Assembly: GCA_963775655.1 (NCBI GenBank)
Contig: CAVZJT010000010.1
Span: 192,270 to 256,269, forward strand
DNA length: 64,000 nt
Direction: 5' to 3'
Source: an uncultured Actinomycetota bacterium
GTDB taxonomy: Bacteria > Actinomycetota > Actinomycetes > Mycobacteriales > QHCD01
The position numbers and the translations under genes are program-made. Shown here in pieces: positions 19,825 through 28,811 of this stretch (positions are counted from its first letter, which is position 1; every line of letters begins with the position of its first letter). The notes under the pieces were generated by a model that did no database searches, was not told the origin of the DNA, and saw only the letters and a program-made list of their open reading frames with translations.

Positions 19825-20571
19825 TCAGCGGCCCTGGTTCTTGACCGCCTCGATCGCGGCTGCGGCGGCGGCCGGGTCGAGGTAGCGACCGCCGCGCTCG
19901 ACGGGCCGCAACGCGTCGTCGAGGTCGTAGGCGAGCGGTACGCCGGTCGGGATGTTGAGGCCGACCACGGCCTCCTCGCTCATGTCGTCGAGGTGCTTGA
20001 CCAGGGCGCGCAGCGAGTTGCCGTGCGCCACGACGAGGGTCGTCCGGCCGGCCCGCAGGTCGGGAACGATCGCGTCGTACCACCAGGGCAGCATCCGCTC
20101 GAGCACGTCCTTGAGGCACTCGGTCTGCGGCCGGAGCTCGGGCGGCAGGTCGGCGTAGCGCGGGTCGGAGTACTGCGAGAACTCCGAGCCCTGCTCCAGC
20201 GGCGGCGGCGGCGTGTCGTAGGACCGGCGCCAGAGCATGAACTGCTCCTCGCCGTACTGCTCGGAGGTCTGCTTCTTGTTCTTCCCCTGCAGCGCGCCGT
20301 AATGCCGCTCATTCAGGCGCCAGGACCGGCGGACCGGGATCCACTGCCGGTCGGCGACGTCGAGCGCCAGCTCCGCTGTGCGGATCGCCCGCCGCAGCAC
20401 CGACGTGTGCAGTACGTCGGGGAGCAGCTTGGCCTCGCTGATCAACTCACCGCCGCGGCGGGCCTCGGCCTCGCCGGCCGGGCTGAGGTCGACGTCGACC
20501 CAGCCGGTGAAGAGGTTTTCCTTGTTCCACAGGCTTTCGCCGTGGCGGAGCAGGACGAGCGTTCCGGTCAT
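19825..20571 (-). CDS. gpmA: 2,3-bisphosphoglycerate-dependent phosphoglycerate mutase
   Basis: 248-aa [15 protein letters not shown] catalytic His motif and HGNSLRAL. Canonical length. Confidence 0.95.
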   Translation of the reverse strand: MTGTLVLLRHGESLWNKENLFTGWVDVDLSPAGEAEARRGGELISEAKLLPDVLHTSVLRRAIRTAELALDVADRQWIPVRRSWRLNERHYGALQGKNKKQTSEQYGEEQFMLWRRSYDTPPPPLEQGSEFSQYSDPRYADLPPELRPQTECLKDVLERMLPWWYDAIVPDLRAGRTTLVVAHGNSLRALVKHLDDMSEEAVVGLNIPTGVPLAYDLDDALRPVERGGRYLDPAAAAAAIEAVKNQGR

Positions 20572-20598
20572 GCGTCTGAGCCTGCCAGAGCCGTCGTC

Positions 20599-21105
20599 CT
20601 AGCGTCGGTCCGGGTCGGCGAACCGCGCGAAGGCGGCCAGATTGGCCAGCGACTCGCCCCGGCTGACCCGCCAGGCCCACTCCCGCCGGATCGAGTCGGC
20701 GAAGCCGATCTCCAGCATGGTGTTGAAGTTGTCGTCGGCGTAGCTGAGTACGGCGCCCAGCAACCGGTCGATCTCGTCCGGGGTCACGGCGTGCAGGGCG
20801 GTCCGGCCGACCAGGTAGACGTCGCCGTGCGGGTCGATGCTGAACGCGACGCCGTACATCCGGGCGTTGCGCTGCAGCAGGAAGTCGTAGAGCCGCTCGC
20901 GGTCCTGGTCGGGCTGACGCATCACGAACGCCTCGACGTGGAGCGCGTGCTCCCCGACGATCAGCCAGCACATGGTCGCGAGCTTCTGGGTGCCGGGCAG
21001 GGTGACGAGGTACGAACCCTCGGCGGTGCGCTGGTAGGTGAGCTCGCGGTCGTCGAGCGTGGCGCGGATGACCGCGTCGAGCGACGCCCGATCCGGTGCA
21101 GTCAC
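20599..21105 (-). CDS. YbjN domain-containing protein (Rv0487-like)
   Basis: GTG at 21105, 10 nt after the mshA stop. 168 aa. YbjN/T3SS-chaperone-like core (TYQRTAEGSYLVTLPGTQKLATMCWLIVGEHALHVEAFV). Confidence 0.7.
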   Translation of the reverse strand: MTAPDRASLDAVIRATLDDRELTYQRTAEGSYLVTLPGTQKLATMCWLIVGEHALHVEAFVMRQPDQDRERLYDFLLQRNARMYGVAFSIDPHGDVYLVGRTALHAVTPDEIDRLLGAVLSYADDNFNTMLEIGFADSIRREWAWRVSRGESLANLAAFARFADPDRR

Positions 21106-21115
21106 CGCGGTCCGC

Positions 21116-22468
21116 TCACCGCGCCAGCCCGACGCGGGCCTTTCCCCGGTGCGCGAGGGAGTCGCGGTAGGCGACGAGCAGCCCGTCGACGGTGCGGTCC
21201 CAGGTGTAGTCGGCGGCATGCGCCGGCCCGCCGCGGGCGAGTCGCGCCGCGAGATCCGGCTCGGTCACGATTCGGTGCACCGCCACCGCGACCTGCTGCG
21301 GCGCACCACCGGACGCGAGCAGGCCCGACCGCTCGTGCGCGACCGCCACCGGCAGGCCGCCGACCGGCGTCGCGACCACCGGGGTGCCGCACGCCTGTGC
21401 CTCGAGCGCGGCCAGCCCGAACGACTCGCTCCGGCTCGGCATCACCAGGACGTCGGCGGCGCGGTAGACGTCCGGCAGGGCGTCGCGCGCGACCGGTGGC
21501 AGGAAGCGGACCGCGCCGCCCAGACCCAGCTCGCCGGCGAGCGCCGGCAGTTCGCGCTCGCCGTAACCGCGGCCGCTGACGCCGCCGACGATGGCCACGA
21601 CGAGCCGGTCGCCCAGCGGCGGGTCACGGTGGCGCAGTTCGGCGGCCGCCCGGATCAGGACGTCAGGTCCCTTGTGCTGCTGCACCCGCCCGACGTAGGC
21701 GAGGACGACGGCGTCGGCCGGCAGCCCGAGCTGCGACCGCGCGGCAGCACGGTCACCGGGACGGAACCGGTCGAGATCCACTCCGGGAGGGACGACCGAG
21801 ACCGTCGCGGGGTCGGCGTCGTAGAGCTCGATCAGCTCACGCCGCTCGACGGCGGTCGCCGCGACGAGCCGGTCGGCCTCGGCCACGATCTGGTCCTCGC
21901 CGAGGATGCGTACGGCGGGCTCGGGCGATTCGTCCGCCGACCGGCGGGCGTTCTTGACCTTGCCCAGGGTGTGGAAGGAGTGCACCAGCGGCACGCCCCA
22001 CCGGTCGGTGGCGAGCCGGCCGACGTGGCCGGAGAGCCAGTAGTGGGAGTGGGCGAGGTCGTACCACCCGGCCTCGTGACCGGCTTCGGCCCGCAGCAGG
22101 CCGGCCGCGAACGCGCACAGCTGCGAGGGCAGCTGGTGGCTCGGCACTCCACCGAACGGGCCCGCCGAGATGTGGCGCACCAGGACGCCGGGCTCCAGTT
22201 CGACGGTGGGCGGCAGGTCGCTGCTGGCCGCGCGGGTGAAGATCTCGACCTCGACACCGCGGGCGGCCAGTCGGCGGCTCGTCTCGACGACATAGACGTT
22301 GAGGCCGCCGGCGTCGCCGCCACCGGGCTGCTCCAGGGGCGACGTGTGCACGGACAGCACCGCGACGCGGCGCGGCAGCCCGGCTCGGGAGAGCTCCCGG
22401 GGCGGCCGCAAGCGACCGGTCGACTGCACGGGCACCTCCGGGTCAACGTGGGTCATTGTCTGTGTCAA
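21116..22468 (-). CDS. mshA: D-inositol-3-phosphate glycosyltransferase (mycothiol biosynthesis)
   Basis: 450-aa ORF. GT4 fold with the MshA N-terminal signature [26 protein letters not shown] and the C-terminal E-x7-E region ([22 protein letters not shown]). Confidence 0.9.
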   Translation of the reverse strand: MTQTMTHVDPEVPVQSTGRLRPPRELSRAGLPRRVAVLSVHTSPLEQPGGGDAGGLNVYVVETSRRLAARGVEVEIFTRAASSDLPPTVELEPGVLVRHISAGPFGGVPSHQLPSQLCAFAAGLLRAEAGHEAGWYDLAHSHYWLSGHVGRLATDRWGVPLVHSFHTLGKVKNARRSADESPEPAVRILGEDQIVAEADRLVAATAVERRELIELYDADPATVSVVPPGVDLDRFRPGDRAAARSQLGLPADAVVLAYVGRVQQHKGPDVLIRAAAELRHRDPPLGDRLVVAIVGGVSGRGYGERELPALAGELGLGGAVRFLPPVARDALPDVYRAADVLVMPSRSESFGLAALEAQACGTPVVATPVGGLPVAVAHERSGLLASGGAPQQVAVAVHRIVTEPDLAARLARGGPAHAADYTWDRTVDGLLVAYRDSLAHRGKARVGLAR

Positions 22469-22536
22469 CGTCGTACCCGCTCAGATCCTGCCCCATGCCG
22501 TGTCGGGGCCTCGCGGCGACTTGGCAGGATGTGGCC

Positions 22537-23292
22537 ATGAGCTCTCCTTCAACCACCTCCCCGGTCGCCGTCGTCACCGGCGCGAGCAGCGGCATCGGCG
22601 CGGCGAGCGCCCGCCGACTCGCCGCCGACGGATTCCACGTCGTCCTCGCGGCCCGGCGGCGCGACCGGCTCGACACGCTGGCGAAGGAGATCGGCGGGAC
22701 GGCGCTGACCCTGGACGTCACCGACCAGGCCTCGGTCGACGAGTTGGCCGAGGCCGTGCCGGAGTGCCGCGTGCTGGTCAACAACGCCGGCGGCGCCAAG
22801 GGCCTCGACCCCATCGAGAACGCCAATCCCGACGACTGGGCGTGGATGTACGACGTCAACGTGCTGGGCACGCTGCGGGTGACCAAGGCCATGCTGCCCG
22901 CGCTGGTCCGCAGCGGGGCCGGCCACGTCGTCGTGATGAGCTCCACGGCCGGTCGGATCGTCTACGAGGGCGGCGCCGGCTACACCGCGGCCAAGCACGG
23001 CGCGACGGCCCTCGCCGAGACGCTGCGGCTCGAGCTGTCCGGCAAGCCGGTGCGGGTCAGCGAGATCGCCCCGGGCATGGTGCGCACCGACGAGTTCGGG
23101 CTGGTCCGCTTCGGCGGGGACGCCGAGAAGGCGGCCTCGGTCTACGCCGGCGTACGCGAGCCGCTGACCGCCGAGGACATCGCCGACTGCGTCGGCTGGG
23201 TCGTCACCCGGCCCCCGCACGTCGACATCGACCTGCTCGTGGTCAAGCCGCTGGCGCAGGCCGCCCAGCACAAAGTCCACCGCGAGCCCTGA
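22537..23292 (+). CDS. SDR family oxidoreductase
   Basis: ATG at 22537, internal to the track ORF. TGASSGIG cofactor motif, NNAG, and YTAAK catalytic motif. 251 aa. Confidence 0.85.
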   Translation: MSSPSTTSPVAVVTGASSGIGAASARRLAADGFHVVLAARRRDRLDTLAKEIGGTALTLDVTDQASVDELAEAVPECRVLVNNAGGAKGLDPIENANPDDWAWMYDVNVLGTLRVTKAMLPALVRSGAGHVVVMSSTAGRIVYEGGAGYTAAKHGATALAETLRLELSGKPVRVSEIAPGMVRTDEFGLVRFGGDAEKAASVYAGVREPLTAEDIADCVGWVVTRPPHVDIDLLVVKPLAQAAQHKVHREP

Positions 23293-23323
23293 GTCCCAGC
23301 TCCCCCGCCCCGGCCAGCCATTT

Positions 23324-23450
23324 GGCTTGAACGTCACGTTCAAGCCATCTAGCGGCATGAACGTCACGTTGATGCCGAACGGGGGTCGCCCGATTCCGCT
23401 TGAACGTCACGTTCAAGCGCTCTATCCACTTGAACGTGACGTTCAAGCGG
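23324..23450. repeat. Cluster of four TGAACGT-S-ACGTTCA palindromes (family 2)
   Basis: GGCTTGAACGTCACGTTCAAGCC (23324-23346), GGCATGAACGTCACGTTGATGCC (23354-23376), CGCTTGAACGTCACGTTCAAGCG (23397-23419) and CTTGAACGTGACGTTCAAG (23429-23447). They lie between the convergent SDR and murB genes. Confidence 0.85.
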
Positions 23451-23487
23451 AATGGCAAGGCGGCGCGGGGCGCAGGAGAGCGGGCGG

Positions 23488-24597
23488 TCAGTCGAGGGTG
23501 ACGCCGACGAGGCGGGGTTCGGGACGCAGGGTGACGCTGAAGCGGTCGCGGACGCCGTCGCGGATCTCCCGGGCGAGCGTGACCAGCTCGGCGGTGGTGC
23601 CGCCGCCGCGGTTGGTGAGGGCCAGGGTGTGCTTGCCCGATACGGCGACCCGGCCCACCTGCCGGCCCTTGGTGAAGCCGGACCGTTCGATCAGCCAGGC
23701 CGCCGACAGCTTGACGGTGCCGTCCGGACCCGGCCAGTGCGGGAACGACGTCCCCGGCGCCAGCCCGGCCTGCACCACATCGGCCGCTGCGGCCGTGACG
23801 ACCGGGTTGGTGAAGAACGACCCGGCGCTCCAGGTGTCGTGATCATCGGGGTCGAGCACCATGCCCTTGCCGCGGCGCAGGTCGAGCACGGCCGCGCGCA
23901 CCGAGGCGAGCGGCGCCGGGCACCCCTCGTCGACACCGAGTCGGCGCGCCAGCTCGGCGTACCGCACCGGTGCGGAGTGCGGTTGACGGCGCAGCGAAAA
24001 CCGCACCGACAACACGACGTAGCGCTCGGAGTGCTTGAACCGGCTGTCCCGGTAGCCGAACCGGCACTCGGCGGGGGCGAGTTCCCGCACCGCGCCGTCG
24101 GTCCGATCCCACACCCGCACGGACGCGATCGTCTCGGCGATCTCCTGGCCGTAGGCGCCGACGTTCTGCACCGGCGTCGCACCGACCAGCCCCGGGATGC
24201 CGGACAGGCACTCCCAGCCGGCCCAGCCCTCCTCGACCGTGCGGGCGACCAGGGCATCCCACGGCTCACCGGCCGCGACGTCCAGCTCGATCCGGTCGCC
24301 GTCGGTGGTGACGTCGACGCCGCGGTGGCGCAGCAGGACCGCCGTGCCGGGCCATCCCGCGTCGGCGAGGACCAGGTTGCTGCCGCCGCCGATCAGCAGC
24401 ACACCGGTCCCGGCGTCGTCGGCGGCGCGGACCGCCGAAACCAGTTCGTCCGCCGTGTTGGGCTCGGCAAGGGTCGCGGCCGGGCCGCCGAGCCGGAGCG
24501 TGGTCAGCGGCGAAAGCGGTACGTCGGCACGCTCGAGCACCCCGCTACCGTAACCGCCCGGGCCGGCGAGGAAGCCGTCGAGGAAGATTGGCGCCAT
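23488..24597 (-). CDS. murB: UDP-N-acetylmuramate dehydrogenase
   Basis: Motifs: PLSPLTTLRLGG, LLIGGGSNLV, ECLSGIPGLVGATPVQNVGAYG, KHTLALTNRGG. Start chosen at ATG 24597; GTG 24540 is also possible. Confidence 0.9.
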   Translation of the reverse strand: MAPIFLDGFLAGPGGYGSGVLERADVPLSPLTTLRLGGPAATLAEPNTADELVSAVRAADDAGTGVLLIGGGSNLVLADAGWPGTAVLLRHRGVDVTTDGDRIELDVAAGEPWDALVARTVEEGWAGWECLSGIPGLVGATPVQNVGAYGQEIAETIASVRVWDRTDGAVRELAPAECRFGYRDSRFKHSERYVVLSVRFSLRRQPHSAPVRYAELARRLGVDEGCPAPLASVRAAVLDLRRGKGMVLDPDDHDTWSAGSFFTNPVVTAAAADVVQAGLAPGTSFPHWPGPDGTVKLSAAWLIERSGFTKGRQVGRVAVSGKHTLALTNRGGGTTAELVTLAREIRDGVRDRFSVTLRPEPRLVGVTLD

Positions 24598-25033
24598 GAA
24601 CCCACAGGACCACGTGCATCTGGTCAACAACGGCAAGCGCGACATGACCATCGACGAGCTGGCGCGCATGCAGCCCGGAATGGACCGCCTGATGGCCGAG
24701 GTCGGGCCGCGGGTCTACCGCCTCTACTACGCCGGCAACGCCGGAAACTGGCCGCTGGCCACCTACTTCTACAAGTCGGTCGTCAAGCAACTCCGCCTCT
24801 GCGCCCAGAGCCGGCCGAAGTACGAGCCGCAGATGTCGACGTTCATCGAGCAGGACTGCGAGCCGGTGCGGGCCGCGATCGCCGCGGGCGACGGAGCCGC
24901 GTTCGAGGCCGCCTACGACAAGATGGTGCAGCGCTGCAACGACTACCACATCGAGTTCGGCAAGCCCTACATCTCCTGGCATACGCCGTCCCAGCCGCCG
25001 GACGATCTCGACCTGACCGCCGGGATGGGCTGA
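24596..25033 (+). CDS. Hypothetical protein
   Basis: 145-aa ORF with strong G/C3 bias and a non-repetitive, charged/aromatic composition. I recognise no family. Confidence 0.55.
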   Translation: MNPQDHVHLVNNGKRDMTIDELARMQPGMDRLMAEVGPRVYRLYYAGNAGNWPLATYFYKSVVKQLRLCAQSRPKYEPQMSTFIEQDCEPVRAAIAAGDGAAFEAAYDKMVQRCNDYHIEFGKPYISWHTPSQPPDDLDLTAGMG

Positions 25034-25039
25034 GCCGCG

Positions 25040-25552
25040 CTATCCGTCCTCGAGTGCCCGCGCGAAGGCGTCGTACGCCGTCCGGTCGAAGAGCACGAAC
25101 CTGACGTGCGTGACCTTGGTCGACGCCGCCCGGACCGCCGCCACGGCGACCTCGGCGCCGTGTTCGAGAGGCCAGCCGTAGATCCCGGTGGAGACCGCCG
25201 GAAACGCCACCGACTCCGCGCCGATCTCATCGGCGACCCGCAGCGACTCGACGTAACAGGAGCGCAGCAGCGGCGTGCGGTCCTCCCCCTTCGCCCACAC
25301 CGGTCCGACCGTGTGGATCACCCAGCGTGCCGGGAGCCGTCCGGCGGTCGTTGCCACCGCCTGGCCGGTCGGCAGGCCGTCGCGGTAACGGTCGGCCCGC
25401 AGGTTCCGGCACTCGGCCAGGATCTCCGGGCCGCCGCGGCGGTGGATCGCGCCGTCCACCCCGCCGCCGCCCTGCAGCGACCTGTTCGCCGCGTTGACGA
25501 CGGCGTCCACGTCCTGCTCGGTGATGTCTCCGCGCACCAGGGTGATCTCCAT
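25040..25552 (-). CDS. Macro domain protein (O-acetyl-ADP-ribose deacetylase, YmdB-like)
   Basis: ATG at 25552 (MEITLVRGDITEQDVDAVVNAAN). Motifs GGGVDGAIH and FPAVSTGIYGWP. 170 aa. Confidence 0.85.
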   Translation of the reverse strand: MEITLVRGDITEQDVDAVVNAANRSLQGGGGVDGAIHRRGGPEILAECRNLRADRYRDGLPTGQAVATTAGRLPARWVIHTVGPVWAKGEDRTPLLRSCYVESLRVADEIGAESVAFPAVSTGIYGWPLEHGAEVAVAAVRAASTKVTHVRFVLFDRTAYDAFARALEDG

Positions 25553-25604
25553 GGCCTCCAGGGTGCCAAGAGCCCGCGAGGCACGTCCGACGCGGTCCGC
25601 TAGC

Positions 25605-26948
25605 GTGACCGCCCGACGTCCCCCGCAGAGACCCTCCGAGGTGCCGGTGCCCAGGTTCGGTGTGCCCAACCTGTGCGGCGCCGACCTTGTCGTCATCGCC
25701 GGCGCCGCGATCGCCGGCTGCGTCACCACCCAGGCCACCTACACGCAGGCCGGCGCCGCCCTGTTGATCGCGCTGGTCCTGATCGTGTCGCTGGGGCTGG
25801 TGCGCGGAGGCACCGCACTGCGCCCGCACCGCTGGGCGATCGCGGTCGCCTACCTCGTCTGCGTCGTCGTACAGGCCGTCAAACCGCCGCTGGACAACGT
25901 GCACGGCAACACGGTGCTTCGGGTCGCGGTGGGGTTCGGCATCGCGGCCACGGTGGTCGCTGCGGCCACCCTGCTCCGGGCGCGGGCCGTCGTCGTGGTC
26001 GCCGCGGTCGCCCTGATCGGGGTCTCCTACGGCCTGGTGGTGGCCGGCGGTACGCCGATCATCGACGTCTGGGTGATCCTGCAGCAGTCGTCCCTCGCCG
26101 TGGTGCACGGGATGAACCCCTACGTGCTGCACTTCTCCGGCGTACCGCCCGGGCAGACGTCCGGCTGCTTCAACTACCTGCCGGCGACGTTCCTGCTACC
26201 GATCCCGGGCCGGCTGATCGGCGATGTGCGGTGGGTCGAGGCGGCGTCGATGCTCGCCGCCGTGATCGTCCTCGCCGTACGGGTGCGTGGCACCGCCCGC
26301 CGCGACCCGCGCTCGATCGCACTCGCACTCCTGCTCGGGGTGCTGCCCGGCGCGCTGTACGACGTCCAGCAGGCCTGGAACGAGACCCTGCTGCTCGGCG
26401 CGGTCGTCATCGCCGCCGTCCTGATCGACGCGGGCCGCGGGTGGTGGGCGGTGCTCCCCCTCGCGGTCGGCCTGGCGACCAAGCAGCACCTGGTATTGCT
26501 GCTGCCGTTGTTCTGGTTGTGGCCCGGGCTCGGCCCGCGCCGCACGATCGCCGCGGTAGGCGGCGCCGCGGCGATCACCGCCCCGTGGCTGCTCCTCAAC
26601 TACGGCCGGTTCCAGACCTGCACCGTCGACTTCTTCCTCCGGATCGCCCCGCGCGGGACCTCGCTGTCGGTGTGGCATTGGATCCCGGCCGCCGTACACC
26701 TTCCGGTGCTGCTGGCGGCGCTGGTCGTCGGCTACGTGATCGTGCTCGCCCGCGCGCCCCGCACCGCGGGCGGCCTGCTCATGGCCGGCGCCGTCGTCTT
26801 CGCCTTCTTCGACCTGGTGAACAAGCAGACGTTCCTCAACCAGTGGCTCTTCGTCGCACAGCTGCTCGTCGCCGGACTGGCCCTGCACGGGGCCCGATGT
26901 CGCGACCCAGTGGTCGATGACAGTCAGTCGATGACGGTCAGTCGATGA
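25605..26948 (+). CDS. Integral membrane GT-C glycosyltransferase-like protein (DUF2029/GT87-like)
   Basis: Polytopic. Early loop DVWVILQQSSLAVVHGMNPY followed by FNYLPATFLLPIPG resembles the DUF2029 signature. The start is uncertain (candidates 25551, 25605, 25641, 25662). Confidence 0.5.
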   Translation: MTARRPPQRPSEVPVPRFGVPNLCGADLVVIAGAAIAGCVTTQATYTQAGAALLIALVLIVSLGLVRGGTALRPHRWAIAVAYLVCVVVQAVKPPLDNVHGNTVLRVAVGFGIAATVVAAATLLRARAVVVVAAVALIGVSYGLVVAGGTPIIDVWVILQQSSLAVVHGMNPYVLHFSGVPPGQTSGCFNYLPATFLLPIPGRLIGDVRWVEAASMLAAVIVLAVRVRGTARRDPRSIALALLLGVLPGALYDVQQAWNETLLLGAVVIAAVLIDAGRGWWAVLPLAVGLATKQHLVLLLPLFWLWPGLGPRRTIAAVGGAAAITAPWLLLNYGRFQTCTVDFFLRIAPRGTSLSVWHWIPAAVHLPVLLAALVVGYVIVLARAPRTAGGLLMAGAVVFAFFDLVNKQTFLNQWLFVAQLLVAGLALHGARCRDPVVDDSQSMTVSR

Positions 26949-27675
26949 TGCGGACCCGCAACCGGCGGAAGCCCTTGCCCTTGTTCTCGACCTTCGCCAC
27001 CTCGATGCCGCCGATGAACTTCGTCGAGGCGACGTGCGTGCCACCGTCGGCCTGGGTGTCGAGCCCGACGATGTCGACGATGCGCACCTCGGTGAGGTCG
27101 GGCGGCAGTAGGTTGGTCGCGGTGCGGATGATGTCGGGGATCGTGAAGGCCTGCTCGCGCGGCATGGTGGCGACCTCGATCCGCCGGTCGGCGGCGACCT
27201 CTGCCGCACACGCTGCCGCGATCCGATCTTTGAACTCCGCCGGGACGTCGGGGAGGTTGAAGTCCATCCGGGCCGTCAGTGGCTCCATGTTCCCGCCGGT
27301 CACCAATGCGCCGAAGTCGCGGAAGACGACGCCCGACAGCAGGTGCAGCGCGGAATGGGTGCGCATCAGGGCGGTACGCCGGTCGTCCTCGACGGCACCG
27401 CGCACCGTGGTGCCGGCCGGCGGGACCGGGTCGCCCTCCTGCGGCAGCAGGTAGAGGTCGTCCCCCTTGCGCACGCCGACGATGCGGGTCTGCACCCCGC
27501 CCCAGATCAGCACACCGTGATCGGGGGGTTGCCCGCCTCCGCCGGGATAGAACGCCGAGCGGTCCAGCACGATGCCGACCTCGGGATCGGCGGCGAGGAC
27601 CGTCGCGTCCCACTCCCGCAGGGTCTGATCGGCGAGCTCGAGCCGGTGGGTGCGTCCGTGCAGATCGCTGGCCAT
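26938..27675 (-). CDS. Alanyl-tRNA editing protein (AlaX-M type)
   Basis: 245-aa ORF. tRNA_SAD zinc motifs (RTHSALHLL and DTQADGGTHV). Confidence 0.8.
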   Translation of the reverse strand: MASDLHGRTHRLELADQTLREWDATVLAADPEVGIVLDRSAFYPGGGGQPPDHGVLIWGGVQTRIVGVRKGDDLYLLPQEGDPVPPAGTTVRGAVEDDRRTALMRTHSALHLLSGVVFRDFGALVTGGNMEPLTARMDFNLPDVPAEFKDRIAAACAAEVAADRRIEVATMPREQAFTIPDIIRTATNLLPPDLTEVRIVDIVGLDTQADGGTHVASTKFIGGIEVAKVENKGKGFRRLRVRIID

Positions 27676-27697
27676 TCGGCCACCCTAGGACGGAGCG

Positions 27698-27967
27698 CTA
27701 CCAGCGTCCGGGTCCGCCGCCGCTCTGGATCTCCCGGACCGCGGGTCGCACGTCGACGAGATAGACGATCGAGCCGATCAGCCCGGCGATGCCGAAGAAG
27801 CTGAGGAACCCGAAGAAGAACACGATCAGGGCGGCGACGGCGGTGATGCCCAGCCAGGCCGGCTTGTTCAGCTTGTTCGCGGCCACGAAGGCCGGGGTCT
27901 TCCGGGTGGCGCAGTCGATCAGCGCCCACAGCTGCAGCGCCATGCACGCCAACTGGACCACCGTCAT
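27698..27967 (-). CDS. DUF2516 family small membrane protein (Rv0476-like)
   Basis: Last 89 codons of the 550-aa track ORF. ATG at 27967. Two or three TM segments (LWALIDCATRKTPAFVAANKLNKPAWLGI). Confidence 0.7.
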   Translation of the reverse strand: MTVVQLACMALQLWALIDCATRKTPAFVAANKLNKPAWLGITAVAALIVFFFGFLSFFGIAGLIGSIVYLVDVRPAVREIQSGGGPGRW

Positions 27968-28135
27968 CAGGGACCCGGAGAGATTGCCCACCGAATCAGG
28001 GTACGGCGTCCCCGCGCGCCGCGCCGCTCCCGAGCCGCACCGTCCGGGGCCGGCGGGTGAACCCCTCGCCTGCGTAGACCGTGACAAGGAGTGAAGCGGC
28101 CTGAAATCGTCGGGCTGGTAATCGGGGGATCCACC

Positions 28136-28750
28136 ATGAATTCGCGTCACGATGATCAACACACAGCGACGACCCGGCAGCCCGGCGATCCGCCGCCGCG
28201 CCGGGGACGGCGGGCACTGCGGTGGATCCTTCCGATCTCCGCCGCGGTCGCCGCCGCCGGCGTTCTTGCCGCCTGCGGGTCGAGCACGTCGAGCACCGGA
28301 CAGTCCAACGCGGGCGCGGCCACTCCCGCGACCCACTCGATCGTCGCGGTACGGACGGTTCCGGGCGCCGGCAAGGTTCTCGTGAACTCGGCCGGACGCA
28401 CGCTCTACACCGCCAAGCAGGACTCGGCCGCGATGATCCACTGCACCGGCTCGTGCACCGCCATATGGATTCCGCTGACGACGACGAGCAGCACGATCAC
28501 GCTGCCCAATGGCGTGACCGGTCACCTCACGACCGTGAAGCGGCCGGACACCGGAAAGATGCAGCTGGCGTACGGCGGAAAGCCGCTCTACACCTTCAAG
28601 CTGGACACCTCGGCCGGCCAGGCCAAGGGCAACGGCGCCCACGACAACTTCAACGGCACCGCGTTCAGCTGGCAGGCGGCAGCGGTGGGCGGCGGGGCCG
28701 CAGCGCCCGCGCCGAGCCCGTCCTCGACCGGAGGCAACGGCACCTACTGA
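28136..28750 (+). CDS. Secreted lipoprotein with Y-x-F-x-x-D repeats (COG4315, Rv0477-like)
   Basis: ATG at 28136, 8 nt after GGGGGA. Lipobox VLAAC|GSS. Repeat motifs TLYTAKQD and PLYTFKLD. Confidence 0.75.
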   Translation: MNSRHDDQHTATTRQPGDPPPRRGRRALRWILPISAAVAAAGVLAACGSSTSSTGQSNAGAATPATHSIVAVRTVPGAGKVLVNSAGRTLYTAKQDSAAMIHCTGSCTAIWIPLTTTSSTITLPNGVTGHLTTVKRPDTGKMQLAYGGKPLYTFKLDTSAGQAKGNGAHDNFNGTAFSWQAAAVGGGAAAPAPSPSSTGGNGTY

Positions 28751-28762
28751 CCCCCGTTCGAC

Positions 28763-28803
28763 CGACGATCCCCCCGGAAACCTCTCGCTCCGGGGGATCG
28801 TCG
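28763..28803. terminator. Hairpin between convergent genes, likely a bidirectional terminator
   Basis: CGACGATCCCCCCGGA and TCCGGGGGATCGTCG form a 15-bp stem with one bulged C and a 10-nt loop. Confidence 0.55.
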
Positions 28804-28811
28804 CCGTCTGC

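Noticed and set aside
25550-25553. Second CATG overlapping-divergent-start case (macro domain gene versus GT-C membrane protein)
   Set aside because: The plus-strand start is ambiguous, with several in-frame GTGs up to 25662. The overlap is probably an artefact of taking the longest ORF.
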